Of a DNA stretch of 64,000 nucleotides, positions 34,041 through 46,034 are shown in pieces. Each line of letters begins with the position of its first letter. Within the stretch, counting starts at the first letter, position 1. This DNA comes from Tubulanus polymorphus (lineage: Eukaryota; Animalia; Nemertea): NCBI RefSeq assembly GCF_964204645.1, contig NC_134028.1, positions 25,726,345-25,790,344 of the forward strand. Reading direction: 5' to 3'. A program made the translations under genes and the position numbers. The notes under the pieces are model-generated. The model made no database searches. It saw only the letters and a list, made by a program, of their open reading frames with translations, and had not been told where the DNA came from.

Positions 34041-36131
34041 TCATGTGTCTTTATTCCACGACCATAAACACAAAAGTTTATCATAAAACGAACACGAAGC
34101 TATCACATTATTCTCGTCATCGTCTGCATTCGCAAACATCCAATCTACGCCGTATGCTATAGATTTGTGATTCATAAACGACGCAACGATTTTCTGTTCT
34201 CCACAGATATTGTTACAATCGAGGATATGAAAGCCGTTGTACATGCAAGCTGTTAGAAGATACGATGCATGTGTCGGGTGCCATTTCAGACGCCAAACTC
34301 CACCCCCGACATTCGTATCGCTCAAAGGTTGTTTCATTGTTCGTGTGTCCCAAATCAATACGTGTTCATCGTAGCTGAAATTAGACCATAAAATGGATGT
34401 TGTCTGCCATTTCTCGGTTCTTTCAACTGCCAATTAAAGGCAGGTTTCAATTGATAGCATTCTGGTTTAAGGAAAGAAATTCCAGATTACAAACTCTCTA
34501 TTGGACACTTCTATCAGGTTCACAGACGCTTTTCCAGAATAGGTAGTGTATTCTGGTCAGAAGAGCACCCGGTATTCCAGAATAGGTAGAGGTCAATCGA
34601 AACCTGCCTAAATGATCTCTGAACCCTTTATTCAATATTTACTAACCTGCCAGTGCAAAGTATGTTCTCATTCATCCAATTAGACTGTATGCTACAAACG
34701 CCCATATCATGACTGAAGAAAAGTGTTACGAGATAAATCTTGAAATAACGGTAACTACCAGTAATGAAGCAATAGTGAAGTTCTACTCACTGCTTTTTGG
34801 TAAAGATCGGTCGACTACAATCGGTCCTCGTGTCCCAGCCTTTGAATTTTGTGTCATCTCCACCTACATACATATAAAATAGTAAACTCTAGTTCCGCTA
34901 AGTCATTCAACGCATTGGGTTTATCTGAGCTAGAAACATTACCTGAGTATATGATATCATTGTTCCAGTAGTCAAATGCTGATATCCAAGATTCAAAATC
35001 ATGTGCAGTCCACTGTTGTACAGTTTTCACAGAGCTCTCAGAAATCTGTGCGACGCCTACATTTCCACTTGAATTACTGTAACTGAGTTTTGGTGCTTCG
35101 CTGAAAATCATATTGACTATTGAGTAAGTGAGCTATAATTTTGAATATTACAAGTTTTCGGTATGTCGAATTTACCTGTAATATTTCCTATTGGACCAAT
35201 CTAATGACGTTCCCATGCAGTCATCACCGATTGAGCATGATTGCGTAATCTCGTCAAGTTTTCCGTCAATCAGAGCGAAAATACGCAGCTCGCCGGCTGA
35301 ATTCACAATTCCTAAACCGGCTGCGTTATCTTTTAATTCTTTAGGTGACCATTTTATATCAAAGATTCCTGGTAATGTAATATTCATCACTTCTTGAAGT
35401 TCAGAATTCTCATGCCGGTACAAAACAAGTCCTCCCAGCCTATCATTCTTTGATTTTTCTGTCTGGAAGATTATGTAAGATATTGTGAATACCCGGTACA
35501 TGGCCAGTAGCTCTTAGGCCTTTTCTTGATTACTTGGAGCACGGATATAAAAAAAATGGTAAGGTGCAGAAAAAATATTTTGTATTAGGCATTTCAAAAT
35601 GAAAGAGAATAGGAAAATGATAGATTATTTTAATTATTTGAGCATTTTCTACATAAAACCTCGGAAGGACTGCAGAAAAGAAAATACAAAAGGACTGAAA
35701 ATTGTGATGAATTTGATTCACATGATAGGAGAAATGGAAACTTTTTGCAAATCGCAATATTCAAAATCAACTTACAAGTTACTACTTAGATCGAAAATCA
35801 AGATTGACATTACAGAAATACATTTTTTTGAAAGATTGTGATGAAAACACAACATGGGACTGAAAAATCTTTTTTTTTAAATTTGATGTTTTTTGCAGAA
35901 TTCCGGGACCCAAGTCCGTACTCAAAGCATTTCAAAAAGGCCTTAACTGGAATCTGCAATTACGTGGATTTCTATCCTTACCACACTGGATTCCAATTCA
36001 TATAGACCGCAGGCGAGGTAACTGTTTTGACTGGCAATAGGACACCATTCAACAGAGTCTGCACACAAATCAGTATTCAGCGAATTCAATATTTTAATAT
36101 TAGGGGTAGAGATGTTCTCACTATCATCCAT
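34041..36131 (-). CDS. DPH7: Diphthine methyltransferase / WDR85 (~355 aa); exons 36131-35982, 35462-35176, 35100-34943, 34863-34791, 34712-34647, 34374-34041
   Basis: Motifs [78 protein letters not shown] and CSFYD; all introns GT-AG and in phase. Confidence 0.95.
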
Positions 36132-37026
36132 TACTGAAAAACAATTTGGACGTTTTAAGACCGGAGATGTCTACATGTATTAGGAAAGAAATGCATGGAA
36201 TCCAAAAATCCTTTAGAAATAAAAGCTTAGAGAATAAAAATATCTTCTGACTAAAGTTTATTGTATGAAATAATGAAAGTACATATAAAAGAGGATCTGC
36301 ATGAACTAATAATAAACTATTCTACCTCGTTTTCGTTAATGCATTTTGACAATGTTGAGAATAAATACATGATTAACCAAAATCAAATTTTCTTTTGATA
36401 TAATCAGCCGGATATGACATGAAACAAAATTACATCTAGAAGTTTATGCCACACAAACTGAAAATCGTCATGATTACCATTAAAAATTGATATCATAAAA
36501 ACCCTAATTTCAGGCTATTTTTAGATAACAAGAAAAAACATTTAAGTTGTATAGTATACAAGTTGAAATTGCAGTCGTGGTGATCCATTTACATGAAAAT
36601 CTATAGATTTTAACACTTTCTTTTTTGGCAGGTTTCCATTGAATGTATACTTTTGTAATGTTTAAGAATAGTTTTTCTGGATCACAAGCTTTCTAACAGC
36701 TGCATCAATCAGGTTTAAAGATAGAGTTGTTTCAGACTAAGAAGAGTGCAAGTCTATACTGCTCGAAACAAACGCGCAAGAAGAGAATTCCAGAATTGGT
36801 AGAAACCAATCAAAACCTGCCTCAGTCACCCCTGCAAGCATCACGGGCAATTCACCCCTCACATTAAAGAATTATTCAAAAACATTAAACAGTCATTGAT
36901 CTGAAGATACAGATTAAACTGCATCTGATCATTGATTAATGTTTTATCCGAGTTTGGCTGTATAAAAATCTCGACATCCATGATTCGTCGATCAGAAAAT
37001 TTGAATCCGTTAAACTCTGCGCTGGC

Positions 37027-37383
37027 TCAAGATCTCGCGCTTCTTTCGCATTCCATTAAACACTCGCGAACTAAAATCCTCGCGTGGACGATACCTCGTT
37101 TTAAACGCTCCGAGGAACTCTTACTACCCGAATACGTCGGTCGAATGTCCTTTCCCATCTCCTCGATCACCGACAGCAACTGCGCGTATTTGCTCTGATG
37201 CTGCTGCTGTCGGCCGAGGTGTTGCGGAATTTGTTGCGTCATCGTCGGTATCGGTAAACTCATCGTTTGAGCAATAGGTGGCGGCGTGTTCCTGATGTCG
37301 GCGGTATCGAGACCGCGAGGCGTTCCCGGATTACTGATCTGCGGCGAGTTACTCGCCTCCATATCGTCTTTATACGAAGCCAT
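37027..37383 (-). CDS. CDK2AP1: Cyclin-dependent kinase 2-associated protein 1/2 (118 aa), single coding exon
   Basis: C-terminus [56 protein letters not shown]. The MASYK start lies 13 nt after the acceptor at 37398-37397; candidate 5'UTR donor at ~38304. Confidence 0.95.
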   Translation of the reverse strand: MASYKDDMEASNSPQISNPGTPRGLDTADIRNTPPPIAQTMSLPIPTMTQQIPQHLGRQQQHQSKYAQLLSVIEEMGKDIRPTYSGSKSSSERLKRGIVHARILVRECLMECERSARS

Positions 37384-38304
37384 CGTCGGAAACAAACTGA
37401 AATCAGAAATCGATTAATCATTCCATAGAACAAAAAACAATTAGATTCAATCAGGTTTCGATCGAACGTATTCAGGTTTAGGAATAGAAATTCAAAATAA
37501 CAAACTCTCTACCGGCCTCTTCTACCAGGTATCCTATTCCGTTTTAGGGTGTGACTGCAAGTTTAGGTCACGTTTTTGCTATGACGCTAGTGTAATTGAG
37601 GACTTGGGTTATGGTTATGTATAACCACATGGTTGCATGTATAATCAAATTTAGGGATACCGAAAATAAGGCTTAGTGTCTTGAAGGCGAGAAGAGAGCC
37701 AAGAGGGCAGGGGTTAATAGGCTTAAGTTCAACAGGGTGGGTATTAAGGGTAAGACTATAAGTAGTAAAATAGTAATAGTTCCATAAATTGCCTGATGGC
37801 TCCGGTAGATAGGGCACTGCGCTAGTAGGCTATCCACTAATTGCGTGATCGAAGACAAATTTTCGTGGTTTTGTTTTTTAGAATGTTTTAAGTACAGTGT
37901 TGCCAATACTGTGGAAACCAGGATCGGGTACCGGCACTGGTAGGTACGTGTCTTATGTACATTCACAGTTACTTTTTACAAGAAGGCCTGTTTCTATGTT
38001 TCTTAATGTTAATTTACGGCAGGCAGCGACAGCTTTGAACTTACTTTGAATCAATAAATATCATCAAAAATCAGCTAAAAATTCAATAAAGCATCGAAAC
38101 ATCGAGTCACCGAGAAAAATGTGAAATAAATTGCATTGATTTTGCCATTGACATTTGCTTTGATTTTGAATAACGTGCAATTAAATCAGACCGTTTAGAA
38201 GAATCAGTATTCATTCAAACGGCAGATTTATTATCATTCTACATTCTATAGCGATTAGAATTACGGTATTTCTGTTAATCATTGACATTTCTGTAATTAT
38301 TTAC

Positions 38305-38693
38305 CTGCAATTAGGCCTAATGCTGATTGCAACTTTGTGGAGACAAAACCGAGTTAGCGGATATTTGCCGTACTTCAAAGCCCATATGACGCACTTCCTT
38401 CGGTGGTTCTAAATACCGACCAAAACCGTCCAATACTTCGTCCTTGAACGTTCACTTGCCAGTGATTGTTTCAATTACCTGGAAGGTTCGAATCCGCATA
38501 ATACCTACTGAATTTTTCGCCTTAATCCCAAATACAACGAACGAAGAAACGTAACTTTTCTGAATTAAAGATTATCCTATAGAACTCAATTGAGAATTAT
38601 TTCTATAATGAGGTTCTTTTTGACGTTACGTGTATTTTTCGTTTTTACGTGACAGTAGCTAGCGGTAAATAGCTGTTGCACGACTGAACCAAG
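38305..38693. promoter_or_regulatory. Probable bidirectional promoter (CDK2AP1 / GET4)
   Basis: Lies between divergent genes; ETS-like CACTTCC (~38392), TGACGT/ACGTGAC motifs (~38621-38653) and YY1 AAGATGGCGG over the GET4 ATG. Confidence 0.5.
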
Positions 38694-41600
38694 ATGGCGG
38701 ACAGCCGGCGAGATCATCGAGGAGTTAGCAGAGTTTTAACGAAATTACAGTCGAGTATTGAAGCTGGGAATTATTATGAAGCTCATCAGATGTATAGAAC
38801 GCTTTATTTTAGGTGAGACCACACATTGATAACTCATACGTCACACTAATCAAAATAGTTATGGAATCGAAACGAAAGAGAATCTGCTAGAGGAGAGGGC
38901 CGGGGCCGGGGTAGTCAGTAACCTGTCTGTGGTTTAGTTTCACGATCGGATATTTTCACAAACCACAGTCAGGAATGGGAAGGTCATTTTTGTATGAAAT
39001 CTTCGTCAGCCAATTTGACTGACGAGTAATTTGCCTGGCATTTCATTGTCTCTTAAGATATCCGTCAAATTTTTGTTGTAATCGACGCACAACAGATTCG
39101 TAGTTTGTCTGATACCTATAACACCTCACCTGACGATCTTAATCCATGTGCAAATCGGCCGTAAAGTGAGAGTAAATTTCCGTAGAGTCAACAGCTGCCA
39201 TTTTGAAAATTACTGGAGGTGCTGGCACCTGTGGACTGAGGCCAGGACAACAGCACAAACTAACGAAGCGAAACGACGAAATTGAAAAATATTAAGAAAT
39301 CAACACTTATTCACATTTTTCTTTTACCAGAATTCATTATTTCATTGTTTATAATGGAAAACACGAAGATTTGAAATATAGGTTGGAAAACCATCAAAAA
39401 TAAAAATTGTCGTTTCGTCTTGAAAGTTTTATCTAAATCCTTGTAGGTCCCCTTGTCTTATCATGCCACATGTGCAATACAGAGAAATGGCGGCCAATGG
39501 CGAAATTTGTAAGGAAATTAATTAATTTCTCAAAATAATGTTGATTAATCACTCGAAACATACATAGACTTGGATTATTTCGAAAGCTACCTGTGTTAGT
39601 TTGTGAATTAAGCCATTAATTGTGGACTGAAGTGGATAGAAAGTATATTTTTGAAGTGTTACTTTTTTCAACCGTGTTTTGGTCCTTGTCATCCCTAACG
39701 TTGGTATAAGCCCATCCGATTATAAAAAGCTTACCACCAACGATTAGGTAACTAACTAGGGCCGGGGGAGTTTGTTCTGGACTGATATAGTATTTTCTGT
39801 GTTCGCTGTTATGCTGATTTGTTCACAGGGACTTGTCACAATTGATAGTGAATGAATAAAACCAATATCAATGACCAGAGGTCCACTATCCCTGTTTAAT
39901 ATAAAAATTATATTATTATACAGTTGCAGGGATACTGCCTACTGGTACCCCCATCATTGGTCTCATCCATTATCAGTCGTGACAAGTCCCTGTGGATTTG
40001 TTGTGGCTGATTTTGGCCATATTTTGAAAATGATAGCAGTTAAACACGCAATCTCTACTAATCCTTTTTCATTAAGATAAAGCCTGATGAGGCCATGTGA
40101 AAATTAACTTACTGTATTAATTTAATGCCTCATTTTAAAACCAACAATGTTTGGCGACATATGGTTTTTACTAAAAATGAATCACCAACAAGTTTTACTT
40201 TTACGTACTCTACTAAACCTCTGGGATTTTTACAATTATTTAATGATATTTTTTGTATGTGATTAGGTATAATGCGCAGAAGAAATACGCGGAAGCGATA
40301 GATTTAATCTATACCGGTGCCTCAACTTTATTAGATCACGGCCAATTTGAAAGTGGAGCAGATCTGGCTATGCTACTTATAGAAATTCTTAATTCTGCGA
40401 ATATCCCGGCATCTGATCAAACGATCGGTAAGAAGAGAATCTGGGACGTTTATTCCATTGTTGTTGTTTCAAACTGCTGCCATCTTTATCCTTGTTGTTT
40501 AATTTTTCCAGATAAGCTGATATCGATTCATAAGAAAATGGAACAGAATTCTCAGGATCGTATGAACTTTGTAAATTCTGCTGTCAGATGGGCGCGGAGC
40601 GCTGACGTGCAACAGTGCCAGGAAGCAACGGCGTTACATAAACGACTGGCATTTACTCTTTGGGAAGGTGAGGAGCTATCCCACTTGGTGCGATGAGCAT
40701 CAATCCTTAATCGGTCAAAATCAGTTCATTATCAACTTTAAAATAAATCTTTTATTGTCCCAAATTGATGCAAATTATACATAGGACTGTGAAATGAATG
40801 TACGGGGCTTGTATTTTCTACACAGTGGTTTAGTTAAGTTTTCACTATTACTGATCAATTTGTAACCCTTACTGTGCGGTGTAGAAATCAGTGATGGGCT
40901 CACAGTGTATTGATGTAATTAGTTATTAGTTTTCATCTGTATTGAAAGATGGTAGCACCCGTCAAACATAGTGAAATATTAATAACTAATTGTACACTGC
41001 ATCGCGTTGTGGACGCTGTGAAGTGTTGTGCCCGTTGGGTTGGAATTTTTTTAAATTTTCAAATAATCTGCAGCATTTTTGGGTAATATTAATAAGCACT
41101 CAAAGGGAAATTGAACACAGAAAACCGAGTAACTTCAAACTAACTTTGCAGATCCTTGCTTGCCACAAGTGGAATCCCCGATTGCTGCAGTACTTATATA
41201 TCAATCTCTTTTAACCTTTCATTTTGCTGATAAATTGTTTCGCAATTTCAACAGAGAAGAATTACGTCGATGCGAGGTATCACTTCCTACATTCGACCGA
41301 TGGAGAAAACTGCGCTGAAATGTTGATCGAATACCACGTTAAAAAAGGGTTCCCTTCGGAAGTAGATTGTTTCATCGCGCAGGCTGTTCTTCAGTAAGTG
41401 TTATACTACCCACAGTCAGTTAGACCCATCGATTATCCACCACCCTCGGTATTCCACTCAGTTTCCTCATTTCACAGGGTCCCTATGACTCCTTGGATTC
41501 CTTAAAACGTCCTTCTAAATAGTAAATGCTATTAACGTTGATTGATTTTTAGCAAAATACCTGAAACCTGTTCAATTTTGAGAAATAGGCAATCAGATGT

Positions 41601-42993
41601 TTTTAGTTGTATTAATAGTAAACTACATGTACGTCTAAGTAGGTGTTGAAATTGAAATTTTCTCCTTTATAAATGCTTATATTCGGGAATGACTGATTTG
41701 AAAAGACCTTGTTACGTGAATTTAGTCAGTTATTGGTTACTTTGATTAACCGCCAACACTAACATTGGTAGATGAATTGACACTATAACGTGACTGTGCA
41801 GTAACAGTAGCACTCACCAGATGGTGCAACGATACTTTAAACTAGATTTCAGGCTCTCCAAAACATATATATATGAAACAAGTCATTGAATAAGATATGA
41901 TTCACTTTCCTACGCACACTGAAAATTGAAAGAGAAAAAACATCGATTTCAAACGAGAGGTAGAAGAAGAAATTGAAGCGCAACTATAAGTCGGAGTCCT
42001 TACCTGCTGCAGTATCATTGCAGATTGTTAAATTTTGCTTTTATTTTTTCGTAGGTATTTGTGTTTAAAAAAGAAGCACACAGCTCACATAGTATTCTTC
42101 AATTATACGAGTAAACATCCGCAACTAGAGAAAGGACCTCCATTTCTCAAACCATTGCTTAACTTCATCTGGTTTCTTTTATTTGCCGTAGATAGGTTTG
42201 TATTTCAGAACTCTAATCCTGTCGTAGTCATTTGAACTACCGATTCGCCATCTATGAGAAATAATTGAATTACTTTAATTACTGACCCACTTTTTTTCAA
42301 TTTCAGTGGAAAATTAACCGTGTTTACAATTCTATGCGAACAGTATCAGCCATCCATTAATCGGGATCCCACGTATTCAGAGGTGAGCAGTAGATCTTGA
42401 ACGTTTTTTTCTGAATTTCTGAATCACAGGAACCTTTCATAAAATATTTCAGCTGAAACATTTTATGAAACATTACGTCCTGTTGTAAGGATAACGTAAA
42501 ATCTCACCATAGAAATGAAAAATAGATTGCGAAATGTTTCATTCGAGCTATTTGTTGGTGTCAACTAATATTTCCTAATACACGTGTAATTATCTGTGCA
42601 TATGCTTAACTTACAACAAAATCATATTTGCTGTTTCGATTGTCTCTCTGAAAATGACTATGGACGGATTTTACATTATTGGAAATCGATTGATTAATTG
42701 TAATTCTATTTTAGTACTTGGATCGGATTGGACAGATATTCTTCGGCGTACCACCTCCACAACCTAGAGGCTCAGGGATGTTAGGTAATTAGCTTTATTA
42801 TTAGGGCCTGGAATAGAACATTGAATAAATCTTAACGAGTTGCAATGAATTTTTTCTGTTTTCAGATAATTTAATACAGAGTTTATTCGGTAACGGCGGT
42901 GATGACGCCGATGAAGACGCGCAGCCCGGCACTTCGGGGATTAACAATTCATCGCCCGCTGCTGTAATAATGCAACCGGAAGATTTAGATTGA
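38694..42993 (+). CDS. GET4: Golgi to ER traffic protein 4 (~329 aa); exons 38694-38812, 40267-40427, 40512-40667, 41255-41393, 42055-42195, 42307-42382, 42715-42784, 42866-42993
   Basis: Motifs [53 protein letters not shown] and [11 protein letters not shown]; in-phase GT-AG introns. Confidence 0.96.
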
Positions 42994-44432
42994 AAAAATA
43001 ATCGGAAGAAATTTTCTTTTACATGTGATAATTTCGTGTTTTATATACGTGTTAAATAACGATGCAATTTTCGTGTAGTTTTTCGACCACCTGTTTACGA
43101 TAACGTCGTCGCTGATGCTCGCGTGTTATTGGGGTTAGGTGTGGTTCAGGAAAAAGCACAACGGTTCAGCGTTCAATTTGCGGTTGAAATTTGTTGACGC
43201 GATGATAACGGATATAGGAGAATTGAGAGGAATATTGGGAAATTGTTTCTTTCATTTAGTCATTTACTACTTTCGTAAATAAGGAATATTCTTCGGTATT
43301 TCTACTATCTTGTACTTTGAATACATAGTGTTTATAAGGCTTTAGCTTTACCTGTATTCAGCACAACAGCAAATCCTCTTTAGCGGATAATATGTTTCCA
43401 ATGGCTCGTTTGATTTATTAAGGGTATTTTAGCGTTCCATTCATGATACTTTCCGCAATTGTTGATAACGGTTCATTTGAATGTACGAATTATTCACATC
43501 TGTTGCGATCGTCGATTGTATATGGTTAACTAGCAAATTGTCTCTGGTAAGAATGGATTTTAATCGATGCTTTGGTGAAAACCTGAACCGAGTCAATGAC
43601 ATCTGGGGTCATTCGTATGTCCAGCTGTTTATAACGCATTGCCTACCGTGAAAATTTTGTTCCGATTTGTCGTAACTACTGCGGTAAGCATTCCAAAAAA
43701 CTCATATTTCAATACTTTATGAATGAGGTCGACAGTCATTTTGAAATAAGAAAATTGTTCTTGTTATCAGTTTAGGATCTAAAGAGCCGTGCAAATCACG
43801 TAACGATCAATTGTATTCAAGTTCTAGTCGGATTTCAACACAATTTTACACCCTGTTTTTGCTAGTGCTGTGTTATGGTCGCTTCATATTCAACTGCACG
43901 AGGTTCATTTTGATTGAGGGTATGTGAGCTGTACTGCAGGCGCGTAGCTACCAAATATTCATTGGTAGATCTCATATTAGCACACGCAACAAAACAAGTA
44001 CTTAAGGCGCTTAGTCTTTTCACTGGGTTTGAAATTCCGGACATCCCAGTCTCATTCCGGGGCCAAATTGAATGGTTTTCAGAGTCTTCAGAGTGGCCAC
44101 TTCCCCGTTTACAAATTCTCTGAGTGAATTGCCAGGAATCTTTGTTTGGTTTGTTTTAATTCATTTTTCATTAATTTTGTATTGATGAAGAAACATGAGT
44201 TCACCGTACAACATGTTTAAATTCCCTGCGTTTTCCCTGACTTTTTTCCACGCTTTTCCCCTTGATCTTTCTGATGCCCCTCCTCGAGTTTCCACAGGGC
44301 GGTGGCCACCCTGGGCACCCTTTTTTTAAGCCATTTTTCATGCGCGAGAAAATCATTTAAGCCGAACAGTAATATTTGTAGGAAATCTCTGGTATTTATT
44401 TAGCTCACATGCAATGTGCAAATTGGATATAA

Positions 44433-44653
44433 GGCTAAACAAAAATGATACCTTGTTTCTCCGCAGCGGCCGGGTCATTTTTATAAAATATGATAAATTT
44501 TGTAAACAGTTCATTTCTATAGCGGCCGGGTCTGTTATGGTAAAATTGATCACGATTTTAAAAAAAAATAATGTATAGGGTAGATAGGCGGCCGGCCGGG
44601 TCAACATTTAAGCTCAGCAGAGCGGAGAAACAAGGTATCAATTTTTTTTAGCC
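44433..44653. mobile_element. PIF/Harbinger (Tourist-like) MITE, TAA TSD
   Basis: TAA-GGCTAAACAAAAATGATACCTTGTTTCTCCGC ... GCGGAGAAACAAGGTATCAATTTTTTTTAGCC-TAA; internal GCGGCCGGGTC repeats. Confidence 0.8.
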
Positions 44654-45142
44654 TAAGCAGTAGAACCATCGGGACAATGAAAAGCTGATAGAAACCTTGT
44701 ACCCTCCCCGTCCGGTTAATGAAAATTGTTTTTTTTTGTATGAATTATTATAGATACATGTGTATGGATTTTTTAAATATTGTGACACATGTTGCACTTG
44801 TCTCATCAATGACTTTGTGCCTGATTACTATAGCCAATTGTTCTGTTATCATTGCATGTCGAGATCATTTAAGAATGCTTCGATGAAGGGTATTTATTTA
44901 TGTTAATGTTATGCTAGCTTTTCTGTCGATGTCATAGAGATTCGTATGTCAACTTTACCAGGGATGAGAGGCATGTGAAGAATGTGAAAAAAAAAACGCA
45001 AACAGTTCTGATAAGTAAAATTTTGTGTAAAAAAATTGAAAATTCTCGTCAGAAAAATTTCTTTGTAGATTTCCTGATAGGCTCTTCTGGACTCAACATT
45101 GACCATAAATAGTTCATAGTACATGTACATGTTCATAGTCAG

Positions 45143-46034
45143 GGGCCGGTTTCACAAAGCGTAATTAACCCTTAATTATGATTAAATCACTAATCATGAT
45201 TAAATTATCATGATTTAATCAAGTTAGGTGTTTCACAAAACGTAATTAACTTAAATTATAATTAAGTTAATTACAAAATTTAATTCTCCTCTAGAGTGTA
45301 ATTAAACCATTTAATCATCATTAGTTCATTATTAAAAACAAAAAGCTGCAGATATTATTCATGGAATTTGGTGTTTATTAATTGATGACGGCAATTCCTA
45401 CACTTATTCAGTTTTTCAGATTGTTTGGCTCAAATAATTTGGATTTTTTGCCTTTTGTAAAATGTCAATACTCTAAATTCTATTGATTTATTTTCAAACG
45501 TCCTATGTTTTTGTCAGCACGACCACCACATACTTAGAAGTATTGAATTAATTGATTTTGTCCATACATATGATAGATTTCTGTCAGTAGAGTACATATC
45601 TATGGAGTAAGTGTTAAAAAGTGCTAATCACTGCTCGGAAATAAACCCCATTTACGAGGATTTTATTTTGCTGACTGGAGGTGAGTTTCTATTTAAAAAC
45701 TTTTGAGACATCTTGCTAAGTTTTTCCACTGGTTCCTGAGACCTTTCAGAGCAATCTTTAACTCCCAAAGGAGTGAATTTCTCTTTTCCTCTAAACAAGG
45801 AAGGTTGTTCCTGTTGTTGATGCTTGGACAGCAAATGGCTGTATAAAGTTCCGCCATTTTGATACAGTTAAATTGTAATTAAGTTGCCTAATTATGTAAT
45901 TAGTTAATTTTGTAATTAAACCCTTTCGTGAAACCGAATTTTAATCGTAATTAACTAATCATGATTAAGGAAATTTAATCATGATTTAGGTCCTAATTAT
46001 AATTAAAGTTAATTATGCTTTGTGAAACCGACCC
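45143..46034. mobile_element. ~890-bp non-autonomous Harbinger-like element with CWG flanks
   Basis: CAG-GGGCCGGTTTCACAAAGCGTAATTAAC ... GTTAATTATGCTTTGTGAAACCGACCC-CTG; subterminal TAATTA/AATCATGATT arrays; no ORF. Confidence 0.75.

Noticed and set aside
37587-37966. Possible LINE C-terminal remnant (LLAQCPIY) in the CDK2AP1 leader intron
   Set aside because: The resemblance is limited to a few residues; no RT motifs are visible.
38485-38497. tRNA gene (GGTTCGAATCC B-box; another at ~14940)
   Set aside because: No A-box at suitable spacing and no acceptor stem or cloverleaf.
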